From Candidatus Marinacidobacterales bacterium (lineage in GTDB: Bacteria > Acidobacteriota > Vicinamibacteria > Marinacidobacterales > DATDRI01), in assembly GCA_965219415.1 (NCBI GenBank), contig CBDCNP010000002.1, forward strand, positions 3,040,001 to 3,104,000: a stretch of 64,000 nt of DNA. Reading direction: 5' to 3'. The notes beneath the pieces were generated by a model. The model was not told the origin of the DNA, did not search any database, and saw only the letters and a program-made list of their open reading frames with translations. Every line of letters starts with the position of its first letter. Within the stretch, counting starts at the first letter, position 1. Both the position numbers and the translations under genes were made by a program. Positions 48,674-63,395 of this stretch are shown here, piece after piece.

Positions 48674-49637
48674 AGTGAGTTTGCAGAAGCAGCACGAGGA
48701 GATGTTGGAAACGGTCGTCTCACTCCAAGGAGAGATTGAGGAGCTGGAAAAAAGTCGGAGAAAGGCCTGGGATGCGGTGCAGCATCTCAAGGAGGCCGCC
48801 CGCGTAGAGGAAATCGACGACCTAGAGTCGGCAATTGAGCAATCGGACCACCTGCGGGTTCTGAGACGGGACCGAGCTCGTGTCTTGGAAACGCTGGATC
48901 AGCAAGGTGATGGGCTGGCGACGGACGTTCTTGAGAAAGAATGCAGAGATGTCGATATTGATCAGGTGCGTGCCCGGGAGGAAGAGGCCGAAGGCGAACT
49001 GAAACGTCTGCAAGAGCAGCTAGATGAGACCGTGGTGTCGAGAACCAAAGCGCGCCAAGCGTTTCAGGCGATCGGAGGGGATGATAAGGCGGCAAAGGCG
49101 GCCGCCGATCGACAGGAAGCTCTCGCCGCCATGCGGGTGTCGGCCCAACGCTATATGCGCATACGCTCGTCGGGAGTGCTGTTGCGCTGGGCGATCGATC
49201 GGTATCGGAGAGAGAAGCAGGGACCGCTTCTGAAGCGGGCCAGTGAGCTGTTCCGGGTACTGACTCTTGATTCCTTCGAACGGCTGGATGTGGCGTTTAA
49301 TGAACAGGACAGTATGCATCTGACCGGAGTTCGTCCGGACGGCAAGAGGGTAGCGATGTCAGGTTTGAGCACGGGATCGGAGGATCAGCTATTTCTGGCG
49401 TTGAGGATCGCGGCCGTAGAAAACTATCTCGGTAAAGCTTTGGCGCTGCCGTTTGTAGCAGACGATTTGTTCATCAACTTTGACCCAGAGCGGTCGGCCG
49501 CCGGGTTTGAAGTGCTGGGACAATTGGCCGAGCGCACGCAGGTGTTGTTTTACACCCATCATTCGCATTTGGTTGATCTTGCGCGGCAAACGCTGGGGAC
49601 CGACACAAGCGTGGTTTCATTGGCGGAGGTAGCTTAG
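48674..49637 (+). pseudogene. C-terminal part of a YhaN-like SMC/AAA_27 ATPase
   Basis: Coiled coil, LSTGSEDQLFLALR, LPFVADDLFINFD, QVLFYTHH; no Walker A; cut by an IS. Confidence 0.85.
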
Positions 49638-49666
49638 CTCACGGCAACCAGTCTTATCGAAGCAAC

Positions 49667-49845
49667 CCCGTCCTGTGCCAAAACTCAGCCCTTTTGAAAT
49701 AGCCCATAAATCAGCAACTTAGAGTCTGGTTTGCGGCCGTGCCCAGGGCCGAGCACGAACAAACGACGAAATCATGCAGGCATAGTCCCGGCAGATCGGA
49801 GACCGATCAGGTTCGGGGCGCGCGGATGAATAAATAGAAGGCACA
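49667..49845. mobile_element. D+F chimeric mini-element
   Basis: Same structure as 47194-47372 and 52903-53082. Confidence 0.8.
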
Positions 49846-49901
49846 GGACTTACCGCGAGTTGAGCGTTCCGTGGATTGTGACGAACGTCTTGAGCGAGTG
49901 G

Positions 49902-50013
49902 TGACCTGTCCCCCGAAAACTGGTTCAAATCTGAGTTAGAATCGGAACCGAGATAATGACCGTGAAGAGGAGCGGTCATGAAACGAACCCGTTTCACGGA
50001 GGAGCAGATCTCG
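49902..50013 (+). mobile_element. IS3-family left-end remnant
   Basis: TGACCTGTCCCC terminus, GAGGAG RBS, orfA start MKRTRFTEEQI. Confidence 0.75.
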
Positions 50014-50017
50014 CACC

Positions 50018-50506
50018 GTGAGCTTGATAGCGGCTGTACTCGTTGCTTTTGGTTTAGGTTTTGACGCCCCGGCGGAGTGGGTGTCGAAGCCGTCGTCTTC
50101 TTCGATGCGCGTCGCCGTTTGGGAGCTCACCGGCGACGAAGCTCCTGCCGAAGTCGTGATCTTTTATTTCGGTGAGAGGTCTGGAGGCGGTGTCGAAGCC
50201 AACCTCGCGCGTTGGTTCGGCCAGTTCGAGCAACCGGACGGCTCGAGCACGCGCGACAGAGCGACCATCACCGAGCGCACCGTGAACGGACTCAAGCTCA
50301 CTGTCGCAGACATGCGCGGGACGTTCGTTGCTTCGGTAAGGCCGGGAGCGCCGCAGCGCAACAACCGTCCTGGATACCGGATGATCGCTGCCATTGCTGA
50401 AGGAGGCGCGGGCCCGTGGTACATCCGCGTGCTCGGCCCCGAAGCGACGGTGACGAAATGGGAAGCGAGCGTCGAGGATTTTCTCTCGTCGCTCCGCCTC
50501 GAATAG
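50018..50506 (+). CDS. Hypothetical exported protein (possibly 5'-clipped)
   Basis: Hydrophobic N-terminus; GGGVEANLARWFGQF motif. Confidence 0.65.
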   Translation: MSLIAAVLVAFGLGFDAPAEWVSKPSSSSMRVAVWELTGDEAPAEVVIFYFGERSGGGVEANLARWFGQFEQPDGSSTRDRATITERTVNGLKLTVADMRGTFVASVRPGAPQRNNRPGYRMIAAIAEGGAGPWYIRVLGPEATVTKWEASVEDFLSSLRLE

Positions 50507-51084
50507 ACGTTAAGGCGACTGGAATTTGAACCGAACGACAACTGATGCGTTCAACGACAACGCAGCCAGGCTGAGTGTGCCACGAACATATGACCGCTAA
50601 CAGTGAGAACTTGAAGCGCCCCATTCGCGGCAGCCACGCCTATCTTAACGCCAGCCCTTGAGTCGGCATAGACTACATCAGGCAGGTCATTAGACCTGCC
50701 CTTCGTGATGCCATGAAGGAAGTCAAAGGCACTCTCTTGTCGCAGCACAATGTCGATCCCAAGGATACTAACGATGTCGTTCACTACACGAGTCTTCAGG
50801 CGCTGTTCGCCATGTTGCTCGGCAGAGCTGAGCCGAGCGGTCTTTCTGACAGATGCGGAAGTTTAAATCTCTGGGACAAGCGCAACGATTCTTGACCGTG
50901 CATGGACTCGTTCAAAACCGCTTTCGCGTCGGACGGCATTTGTTGCAAGCCCGTCATCATCGGGAGCTAAGAGGCCGCGCTTTCATTGCTTGGCGCGAGG
51001 TAACGTGTGCCTGACGAAATCGCGAAGCGCAACAGTCAACAGGGACCAGTCTGGCTACAATGACACCAACTTGACAGTACCGTT

Positions 51085-52782
51085 ATGAACGTTGATTTGA
51101 TACTGGATATGGGTTTTCACGTAGTCGGCGGCCTGGGCATTTTCTTGCTCGGCATGAAGTTCATGCAGCAGGGCCTTCAAGTCATCGCCGGCTCCCGAAT
51201 CAGACGCTTGATCAGACTGGTCACGTCCAACCGATTCCTGGCGGTGGGCATCGGGCTTTTCATCACGACCCTCGTTCAATCGAGCTCCGTCACCTCGGTC
51301 ATGGTGATCGGTCTCGTCAATAGTGAATTGATGGTGCTCACCGAAGCCATCGGCGTCATCATCGGCGCCAATATCGGCACGACCATCACCGGATGGATAT
51401 TGGCGCTTAAGATCGGGCAATACGGCCTTCCGCTGCTCGGACTGGCTGCCTTCGGGTGGCTTTTCCTCAAGGCCGAAAAGCCGCGTTACTCGGCGCTTTC
51501 GATACTCGGGATCGGGATGGTCTTTTTTGGTCTCGAGCTCATGAAGGACGGTTTCGCGCCCGTTCGAGACCTTCCCGATTTCGCCGCCTTGTTCCATCTG
51601 TTCGAGGCGGTCGACTACTTCGGTGTCCTGAAATCTGCCCTCGTGGGCTGCGTCGTGACGCTCATCGTTCAGTCTTCGTCCGCCACTTTGGGGATAACGA
51701 TAGCCCTCGCCAATACGGGCGTGATCGATTTTCAAACTGCCGGGGCCTTGGTGCTGGGCGAAAATATCGGCACGACGATTACGGCCTATTTGGCGTCGCT
51801 CGGGGCGGACGACATCAACGCGAAACGTACCGCCTATTTCCACGTTCTCTTCAACGTTTCAGGCGTAGCCGTGAGCACGGCCCTGTTTCTTCCTGTATAC
51901 CTGCCTTTCATCCAGAACGTTATCCTGGGCGGTGTGGATCCGAATATCCAGGACGTGGAGGGAAGCTTTCCTTACATGACGGCGGGGATCGCCACGGTAC
52001 ACACCACGTTCAATGTGCTCGCCACGCTCCTGTTCCTTCCTTTCGTGACGCCCATCGCGAGCGTGCTAAAGAGACTCGTCAAAGACAAGCCCAAACCTCC
52101 AAGAGCGAATTTGACCCATCTGAATTCCAATCTGGTCAGCTCGCCGTTGACCGCGATCGAGCAATCGCGCCATGAGATTCAGCGGACGGATCAACATGTG
52201 AGGGACATGCTGAACGATTTGCGTCAAGTGATTTCTGACGATAGCAGCGACCGAAGCCTGGCCGACAAGATATTCGAGGAAGAGAATACGATTGACGTCG
52301 TTCAGATCGAGGTCACGACCTTCTTGACCGACCTGCTTTCTGAAGAGCTGAGCCATGACATTGCCGAGGGGGCGCGGGCTCAATTGAGGTTGGCGGACGA
52401 GTTTGAATCGGTGAGCGACTACGTTTCGAACGTCCTCAAACTCTATCTGCGATTGCGAGAAGCCGACGTGCGGTTCACGGGCCCACAGCAAGACGAGCTA
52501 CTGGGGTTACATGACCTGATTGCCGGCTATTACGACGGCGTCCATGTGGGTCTCGAGAATCCATCCGCTGACTACTTGTTCGAGATTCGTCGAAGAAGCC
52601 GCGACATCACCAATGAAATAAGAGAGCTCAGAGATCGTCACTGGAATCGATTGTCCGAGGAAACGGTGGATCCATTGATCAGCACCTCCTATATGGATAT
52701 CGCGAATTCTTATCGCAGAATAAAGGATCACCTCCTGAACATCGGTGAAGCCGCCGTCGGCGGCAAAACCGTCAGGCGATGA
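51085..52782 (+). CDS. Na+/phosphate cotransporter with PhoU-like C-terminus
   Basis: QSSS motif twice, GANIGTT and GENIGTT. Confidence 0.93.
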   Translation: MNVDLILDMGFHVVGGLGIFLLGMKFMQQGLQVIAGSRIRRLIRLVTSNRFLAVGIGLFITTLVQSSSVTSVMVIGLVNSELMVLTEAIGVIIGANIGTTITGWILALKIGQYGLPLLGLAAFGWLFLKAEKPRYSALSILGIGMVFFGLELMKDGFAPVRDLPDFAALFHLFEAVDYFGVLKSALVGCVVTLIVQSSSATLGITIALANTGVIDFQTAGALVLGENIGTTITAYLASLGADDINAKRTAYFHVLFNVSGVAVSTALFLPVYLPFIQNVILGGVDPNIQDVEGSFPYMTAGIATVHTTFNVLATLLFLPFVTPIASVLKRLVKDKPKPPRANLTHLNSNLVSSPLTAIEQSRHEIQRTDQHVRDMLNDLRQVISDDSSDRSLADKIFEEENTIDVVQIEVTTFLTDLLSEELSHDIAEGARAQLRLADEFESVSDYVSNVLKLYLRLREADVRFTGPQQDELLGLHDLIAGYYDGVHVGLENPSADYLFEIRRRSRDITNEIRELRDRHWNRLSEETVDPLISTSYMDIANSYRRIKDHLLNIGEAAVGGKTVRR

Positions 52783-52794
52783 AGGTCTAGTGGC

Positions 52795-53265
52795 TGTCCC
52801 TTCCATTTAATCGATCCGAATGGATTTAGAGCCCGACCTCGGTAGGGTCTAGGGCTGGCGCGGTGCAAGGATGCGAATCGATGGCTGAAAGCGGCACACC
52901 ATCCCGTCCTGTGCCAAAACTCGGCCCTCTTGAAATAGATCATAAATCAGTAGCTTAGTGTCTGTGTTTGCGGAGGTGCCAAGGGCTGAGCGCGAACAAA
53001 CGACGAAATCATGCAGGCATGGTCTCGGCAGACCGGAGACCGATCAAGTTCGGGGCGCGCGGATGAATAAATAGAAGGCACAACCAGTCGACTTGCTTCC
53101 GCATCCCTCTTTGTCGCCCTTTTTGGGCCCGACCCGTGTTCAGGTCGAAGGTAGGAGCCCGTCCTGTGCCAAAACTCGGCCCTTTTGAAATAGGCCATAA
53201 ATCAGCAACTTAGTGTCTGTGTTTGCGACCGGGCCAAGGGCCGTGGGCTTTACAATCGTCTTGGG
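52795..53265. mobile_element. Family F end (52795), D+F chimera (52903-53082), family D left end (53158-53265)
   Basis: TGTCCCTTCCATTTA pairs with TGTGCCTTCTATTTA as imperfect TIRs. Confidence 0.75.
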
Positions 53266-53293
53266 CGGGCGGGTCGTCACCATGCAGATGACC

Positions 53294-53808
53294 TGTCCAT
53301 CATCATTATTAATCCGGGACTGGACTCTAGGGACCGGACCGCCCTCGAGCACATGCTGGAGAGCGTGGTCAGCGCGCGAGGGAAGGTGCTGAGGACGAAC
53401 TTCTCGGCGACCAGCCGAGTAACGCGAGCGACCAAGCTGACTCAGGCTGCGTCTCGCCACTCGTATCGATGGTGCAGTCCACCGACTCGCGGCAGTGCGA
53501 CTACTTTCGCCGTAGGAGACGGTCGATGCGTGACCGTTCTCAAGCTCGGTGTGTCCTTGTTCAGCCTCAAGTGGCAACGGTCCTCATGATAGTAGCTGAT
53601 GTAAGCTCGCACGAGCCGGATGAGATGACATGCACCGAGAACCACGACGTGCTCAAGAAGCTCGCGACGGCAGCTGCCGACCCCGTCCTGTGCCAAAACT
53701 CGGCCCAGCCGGCATCGACGAAAGAACTGCGCCTCTCGAAATCAGGCTAAGGCTCTAGCACGCGAACAGGTTACGCGGCGGCCGCCAACACTTGACTGCG
53801 GAAGCACC
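53294..53808. mobile_element. Composite B+D+A mini-element, copy 2
   Basis: Same breakpoints as 2241-2753. Confidence 0.8.
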
Positions 53809-54130
53809 GGGAACAGCAGCAGATTCTCCTTGCCTTGATGATTCCTCTCGTGGTGATGGTAGAAGATGTACTCCCTAAGCGCATGACGGAGCGACTTCTC
53901 GCCGACCGGGCCAAGGGGCCGTAGGCTTTACAATCGTCTGGCCCGAGGGTATTATCTTCAGCTCCATGATGACCTACCACGTGCAATTCCTACTGCTCGT
54001 TCTGGCTGGCTGGGTCAACCGCCAGCAGCAGGATGTGATCGACTACCTGCAAGAGGAGAACCGTGTGCTCCGCGCCGGGCTTCGGGGCAAGCGTCTCAGG
54101 CTCTCTGACGACGATCAGCGCAGGCTTGCC
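53809..54130. mobile_element. Family C internal fragment and 5' start of the probable family D transposase
   Basis: LAGWVNRQQQDVIDYLQEENRVLR; its upstream sequence continues the D left end seen at 53227-53262. Confidence 0.7.
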
Positions 54131-54239
54131 TCGCTCTCAGCCAAGAGCGGTGCAACAACGCCACTAAAATTGGTACACTTTTAGAAGTTCCCATGACCAT
54201 TAGTACAGCAGTCAATTCAGCGAAAGGGAGCTTCTTCAC

Positions 54240-57038
<2,799 letters not shown>

Positions 57039-57163
57039 CTGCCATCAGGGCCGACTCTTTCACTGTCCTTGGGGATACAGAGCCGGGCGAGGTTCCCGCC
57101 TAATCGACTTCTAGGCACCAGCCCTGAGCTGGTCTCGTGGGGGCTTCTTGGTCGTGCGACGGG

Positions 57164-57329
57164 GGTGCTTCCGCCATCAAGTGTTGGTGAGATGACGCTA
57201 AGACGTTACGGTGCATTAAGTTACAGCCAAAGTAGCGTTCGTGACCTTCGCTTCGCGCTAAATGGAGCGTAAGCGCCTCTTTTGCAACGGGATGCGTACA
57301 CATCACCAACAGTAAACAGCGCAAGCACC
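57164..57329 (+). mobile_element. Family A 166-bp MITE
   Basis: Copy of 8200-8365. Confidence 0.85.
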
Positions 57330-57660
57330 CCTCGACAGCCGAGAGGTATAACCTGTTGCCGTCGCTTGTGAGTTGCACGTGGTTGGCTAGCCTGCCGGCC
57401 AGTTCTTGCGTGAACTCCGTCGTGGTGCCGGCGTCGCGCCCGCCGACGAGCCAGGAGACGATCAGCTTGGCGTCGGCATCGAGTGCCGTCCACGTCCAGG
57501 TGTCGCCCGTGCCAGAGGGCGCGGCTTTTGCCCGCTCGACGTTCTTCTGCTTCGCGTAGGTGAAGCTCCAAATCTCATCGACCTGAACCCCGCCGTGTCC
57601 GAAAATGCGAACGGAGCCGAAAGCTCGAATCCTGGAGGCATTCTCGAGCCAGCGTGCGAC
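57330..57660 (-). pseudogene. Fragment of another IS1-like transposase
   Basis: VQVDEIWSF, WTWTALDAD, QLTSDG. Confidence 0.75.
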
Positions 57661-57661
57661 G

Positions 57662-57950
57662 GCGTCCTGTGCCAAAACTCGGCCCTTTTGAAATAGACCA
57701 CAAATCAGCAGCTTAGACGCTGTGCCTTCTATTGATTCATCCGCGCGCACCGAACTTGATTAGTCTCCGGTCTGCCGGCACCATGCCTACATGATCGACG
57801 TGTTCCGGTTCGACAGTGCCCGCCGATCCTGCCAGGCGCCACGCTCCCGGTCTTGCGATGGCGCGTCACCCCTCCCGGCACGCACGAAATCCCGAGACCG
57901 ATACCCGTTCGCGAAGGCGTCGTGTCCAAAAACACGAACGAACTCAAGAC
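57662..57950. mobile_element. Stack of D, F and D ends
   Basis: End motifs at 57662, 57721 and 57918. Confidence 0.7.
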
Positions 57951-57995
57951 CTGCATCAGCCAGAGCGTTTCGTATAGACGCGTCTACGCTTGCTT

Positions 57996-58239
57996 GGTGC
58001 TTCCGCCATCAAGTGTTGCTACGCCGTGTTTGAATGCTAGTGTCAGCTGGCCTGCCTGTGTCGGCGAACGCCATCAATAAGGATGTCGGCGTGCACACGA
58101 AGGTGTCTCTGAACGTCAGGCACCGTGTGCTCAGCCCAGCCCGCATCGCCGAAAGAACTGCGTCTCTCGAAATCAGGCTCAAACTCTAGCACACGAGCGG
58201 GTTACGCGGCAGCCACCAACACTTGATGGCGGAAGCACC
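57996..58239. mobile_element. Family A 244-bp MITE, intact (empty IS110 target)
   Basis: Perfect 23-bp TIR GGTGCTTCCGCCATCAAGTGTTG. Confidence 0.92.
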
Positions 58240-58712
58240 GAGTTGTCCAGAACGAGCTTGGTTTCGACGCCGCGTCGACGCAAGCGGAACGGCGCGTGGA
58301 TACGGAGTGCGTCCTCGCGAATGCGGTCGGGCCCCATAGACAGGGAAGTAGCGAACGCATCTCGGTCGAGCAGGATGGACACAGAGCCGGGGCTAATATC
58401 GACCCGCCGGATGAGACGAAGCAGGCGGGCTGCCGAGGCACTATCATCATCATCATTACCATTATCACCGGAACACAGCCCGTCTAGAACGTGACGCACC
58501 GAGGCGAGTTCCTGTATCGTCGGAGCCTGGGTCAGCGACGCCGGGAAGGTCGGTGCCCCCACATGCTGTTGGACGAGGTGCACGACGGTCTGTTCCAGCG
58601 TGGGTGCGGGCAGGCGCCAGCCTGAGAGGTCCTTTTGGCCACTGTGCTGGATGAGGCGCCGGGAGACGTAGTAGCGGAGCCGTTGCCCGTTTTTCTTTTT
58701 GGGTGTGGCTCG
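58240..58712 (-). pseudogene. Internal fragment of a large serine recombinase
   Basis: KKNGQRLRYYVS...WRLPAPTLEQTV...PFRLRRRGVETKLVL. Confidence 0.6.
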
Positions 58713-58762
58713 GCTGTGCTCCGCAAAAACTCGATCCGTCGTTGATTCCGCAGTTTAGAGCT

Positions 58763-59724
58763 GATGAGATGACATGCGCCGAGAACCACGACGTGCTCAA
58801 GGAGCTCGCGACGGCAGCTGCCGACCCACCGCTCCGCAGTTCCGTTTTGCCATGGGCTGCGAAACGAAGTGCGAACGGGTTTTGTGCCCGTTGCTTTGAT
58901 GAACTCGATGACCGCAGCGCTAAAGATGAAGTCGCGATCGAAGATGAGATATTTCGGAGCGGTGTCGTAGGGAAACGCCTCACGCGGTTGCTGAATAACC
59001 CAAGCAGACGTCGGGTGGAACGTGGCGTTGAAGTGAACGATGTGCCGACGGCCGTGCTCGATGACGAAGAAGCCGTACAGCAGCCGGAGCGAAGCGGTGG
59101 GCACGGTGAACAGATCCATGGCGGCGATATCGTCTTTATGGTTGCGCAAAGAAAGCCATCCATCGCTTCAGCTGGTCGGGCTCCGCAGGATGCCGCGGCA
59201 GGTATCGCGACACCGTAATCTCGGAGATGATGAAACCGAGCTTGGTGAGCTCAGCATGGATGCGTGGCGCCCCCCAGCCGTCTTGCGCCATCGTGCGGAC
59301 GAGGCGGCGAATCTCGGCATCAATCCGAGGCCGACCGGGATGGCGGCGCTGCGACATCTTTGCCCAGTACCGTCGGAATCGGTCGCGATGCCAACGGGCC
59401 ACGGTGTCCGCGTGGACGATGAGCAGGCGGCTTGCCCACACGGGCCACGAACCTCGAAGAGCAACCCAGAAAGCCCGTTCCGTGTCTTCGAGTGGTGGGC
59501 GTGGGCGCTCTTTCTTCAGCGCCGTCACTTGCTGCCGCAAAGCGACGTTCTCCAACACCAAGTCGGCGCGGCGCCGACACATCGCCCGAATGACACGGAC
59601 GCCAAGTGAGACGAGGAATATAACAACGTCGAGCATAGCGGCGGAGTTTCGCCGTCTTCGGCCCGGAATTCAAGCGGAGCGTAAGTCCTTGATTTCGTGG
59701 GCGGAGCAGTTTTGACGATGCACA
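58763..59724 (-). mobile_element. Family B IS, 3'-truncated by a family E end and frameshifted near 59148
   Basis: Near identity to ~22960-23920. Confidence 0.88.
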
Positions 59725-59958
59725 CCTCACCAATGGTGGCTCGATCGGGCAAGTCTCGGGCGGGACGTTCACGTCCCAAGGTTGGCAGGTCCAGAAGAAG
59801 AATAACTTCATCCGCTACGTTATCCGTCCGGCAAGGGCAGGCTCTCTGCCCCAGGCCGTCGAGCCCTGTGCCAGGGTGGCAGCCGAGGTGCCAAAAACCG
59901 CCGCTTGTCGCATGAAATCTCTACGGTTCATTACACTTCCCCTCTGAGCTCCCAGGCC

Positions 59959-61176
59959 TCACTCACTCGCTGGCCGAACCAGCCAGCTCTGGAGTGGATT
60001 CCCGCGCTCGATGACGCTCACCCCGGGTCGGGCGGCGTCGTTGAAGCCCGCCACCGTCCGTTCGAAGTTACTGAACAACGCCGGCAATCCTTTAGCCTCC
60101 AGCCATTCCGGTCCGGTCATTAGATTGAAGTGAACGTGGGGCACCAAGGCATTAGAGTTTCCCACCCGACCGATGAACTGACCCGCCTTCACGGGGTCGC
60201 CGACTTTGACCGGGATGCTGCCAGCCAGGAGATGGCAGGTCAACGAGTACTCACCGTCACCGTGGTCTAAGGACACGAAGTTGCCGGCAAAAACATCCCC
60301 GTCCTCTTCGAGGAGCTCCCGCGCCGCGGTCTCTCCGATCGGGTAGTCCGGTATGTCGTTTCGGACGTCCACCACCACCCCATCGCTGGCCGCGTGCACC
60401 GGCTCACCATGGCCGTAGTAGTCATCGGGTTCTTCCCCATCGGTTCGATAAAGGAGACCGTTCTCCCCCACTTTCACGAAATCCCAACCATAAGTGGTGA
60501 GACCGTTGAGACCGGTGCGCCGGTGGCCGGTGGAGAGATCGTTGCCCGCGTAGACCGCCCAGGTGCCCTCGAAGGGAAGCCTCAGGGTGACCTTTTGCTG
60601 GTAATAGACGACGGGAATCGTGAACGTTACGACTCCCGGCTTGCCTTTCGCGTCGCGCATCCGGAAAACGAGCTCGATGGAATCCGCGTTGGCGAACACC
60701 GGCCGGGAAAAGGGGATTCTGACCCAAGAGACATTTTCCCCGGGCGGCAGATCCGGTCCGGCGTGCTTCTCGCCCTCCGGCTTCCCGTAGACCTTGGTGA
60801 GATAGTATTCCTTGGTCATTGCGTAGGCCCCCTGGATCCACTCCATGCGCTCCAGGTACCCTCGGGGGTATATCTCACGCCAAACGGTTTCCTCTCCGCG
60901 TGTAAAGACGGCTTCGACTTCCTCGATAGCGAGGGCTTCGCTCTCCTGCGACTCGATGACCAGATGGAACAACCAGGTGAGCTTGTAGGGATCGGAGTTG
61001 GCGACGCGGGCGGGCGATGCCGGGTCCCGCTCGATGCCCTCGACGGCGGCGTAGACCACCGAGGGCACCGTCCGGATACTGACGTCGAACGTCCGACTCT
61101 CGCTTCCGGAGCATCCGAGAACGGCCGCGAGCATCGCTGAGAGTGCGGATAGAAAAAGAAGCTTATGAAACCTCAT
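59959..61176 (-). CDS. M23-family peptidase lipoprotein
   Basis: Lipobox VLGC; YGWDF; GNFVSLDHG; PHVHF. Confidence 0.85.
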   Translation of the reverse strand: MRFHKLLFLSALSAMLAAVLGCSGSESRTFDVSIRTVPSVVYAAVEGIERDPASPARVANSDPYKLTWLFHLVIESQESEALAIEEVEAVFTRGEETVWREIYPRGYLERMEWIQGAYAMTKEYYLTKVYGKPEGEKHAGPDLPPGENVSWVRIPFSRPVFANADSIELVFRMRDAKGKPGVVTFTIPVVYYQQKVTLRLPFEGTWAVYAGNDLSTGHRRTGLNGLTTYGWDFVKVGENGLLYRTDGEEPDDYYGHGEPVHAASDGVVVDVRNDIPDYPIGETAARELLEEDGDVFAGNFVSLDHGDGEYSLTCHLLAGSIPVKVGDPVKAGQFIGRVGNSNALVPHVHFNLMTGPEWLEAKGLPALFSNFERTVAGFNDAARPGVSVIERGNPLQSWLVRPASE

Positions 61177-61430
61177 GACGCCTCCTCAAGGCACTGAGCT
61201 AGCTGCTCTTGTGATACGTTTAACTTCTTCCGAAGTGTTCGCAGCAGCGTCGGAACACGTGTCTTTATTGTCATCTGGCCTCTCAATAGTATCAGACTCA
61301 GGTCGTATGGCAGTCAATATAGCACTTGCAAGCGCCATGTCACGCGGCATGCTTGCTGAAATTAGGTGTCATTTTCTTGTGCGCCACGCACCGGCACAGC
61401 TTGTCCGGTGCCTCCACGCGGCGCTTGAAG

Positions 61431-62236
61431 GGTATTGTCAAGTTGACGTTGAGCGAGCGAACCTATCGCGTCGAGCTGACTTCCTTTGCTCTCATCGGAC
61501 GGCACAGGTTACCTCCTGCCAGACGATGAAAGCGCGGTCTCGTAGCTCCCGATGATGATGCGCTTGCAACAAATGCCGTCCGACGCGAAAGAGATTTTGC
61601 ACGAGTCCATGCACGGTCAAGAATCGTTGCGCCTGCCCAGGAGCTTTAAACTTCCGCATCTGTCGTTCCCGTTGTCGCGTCGGTTCGTGCGAGACTTCGG
61701 CTAGGTTGTTTCTGTACTGGTCAGTGTCGTGGACGACGGACGGCATGACCTCGCGGTGAGCGGCGCTGTAGCTTCTCAGTTTGTCGGTGACCAGCTGCCA
61801 GGGCGGACGGCCTTGCCCCTTCAACAGCTTGCGGAAGAATCGTTTGGCGGCTTTCTGATCACGGCGAGGCTGGACGAGGATATCGATTACATCACCATCT
61901 TGGTCTACCGCGCGCCAGAGGTATTGGCGTTCACCTTGTATCTTTATGAAGACCTCGTCCAGGTGCCATGTGTCACCGAGACGACCCTGCCGACGCTTCA
62001 GTCGCCGAGCGTATTCCGGCCCGAACTTAATGCACCACAGTCGGACCGCTTCGTAAGAAACCGTGATGCCTCGCTGAGCGAGCAACTCTTCGACGTTTCG
62101 AAAGCTCACGCAGAATCGGTGGTAGAGCCAGACGGCGTGGCTGATGATTTCCGGTGGAAATCGATAGCCGTGGTAGCTTGGCGCATCGGTCTTCATTGGA
62201 CCATTCTGTCAGTCACCAGCTCAATTTGACAATACC
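61431..62236 (-). mobile_element. IS6-family element with transposase 61492-62196
   Basis: TIR GGTATTGTCAAGTTGA / TCAATTTGACAATACC; WHLDE, YLWRAVD, VTDKLRSY. Confidence 0.95.
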
Positions 62237-63309
62237 GTCCCGACGAGTACCGCGATCATTACCAGATGAGCCGTGAGGGAATCGATCTCATCGAGTCGAT
62301 CATCAGAGAAAACAGCCTACCCGTTCCGTTTCGGCGTGAGGGCTGTCTCAAAGTGTTTACCAGCCAGAGACGAGCCGATATCGCTGCCGCCGAGACCGAA
62401 AGGCGTCATGCCGCCGGTGTTCCGGAGGAGTTCCTCGCCGGGGAAGTGTTGGACGATTGGATTCGAATGCGGGGTGCCAAGGGTGCCATCCTCGACCCTA
62501 CCGCCGGTCAGCTGAACGGTGCTCGATTCATTCGCAGTTTGCGGCCGATCTTGGCGAACCGGGGTGTCGAGATTTACGAGCGAACGCCGGTGCTCTCGGT
62601 TCAAGAAGGCTCCGAGGTGAGACTCGAGACGGCCGCCGGTGAGGTCAGAGCCCGAGCCATCGTCTTGGCGACCAATGCCTACACCCCACGCCTCGGCTAC
62701 TTCAAGAACCAGCTCATCCCGATACATTCGCACGTCCTCGCGACCGAGCCCCTTACTAATAAGGAGTGGGCGGAGATCGGCTGGCGAAGAGGCTGTGGGT
62801 TCGTCGATGATTCGAGCCGACTAGCGTATGGCGCGATGACGGCACAAGGGCAAATGGTTTTTGGAGGCGGGAGTAACGCGTCTTACGACTATCTCTTCGG
62901 CGGCCGGGTGAGCCTTTCTGAAAAGAACGGGCAAGCTACCAACGCGGTGTTCAAACAGCTAGGGCGCTATTTCCCGAGTGCACGTCTAGTGGGAGTGCAT
63001 CAACGTTGGAGCGGTGCGATCGGCATGACGCTCGACCGCGTGCCTACGATTGGCGTGCGGGGCGAGAACCCTAACGTTTACTTTGCGTTGGGCTATAGCG
63101 GGTTCGGGATCACGATGTCGAACTTGGCGGGAAAGATGCTCTGCGACGTTTATAGCGACGACGATGACCGCTGGCGCACCCTACCTTTTTATTGTCGGGA
63201 GCCGTCGTGGATCCCACCCGAACCGCTGCGCTGGCTAGGTTACAAGACCTTTACTGGGCTGACTGGCAACTCCCCTCGCACCTGGTACAAGAAACGCGCG
63301 CGCTCGTAG
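62237..63309 (+). pseudogene. DAO-family FAD-dependent oxidoreductase, 5'-truncated by IS6
   Basis: IVLATNAY, GYSGFGI; N-terminal GxGxxG absent. Confidence 0.8.
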
Positions 63310-63395
63310 CAGCCTTCCTCTACATGGCGATGAAGGTGTACCTTAGCAACGCAGCCCGAGGGATTCGGCGCAGTCTTCTGGGCTAAAAAGATCAA

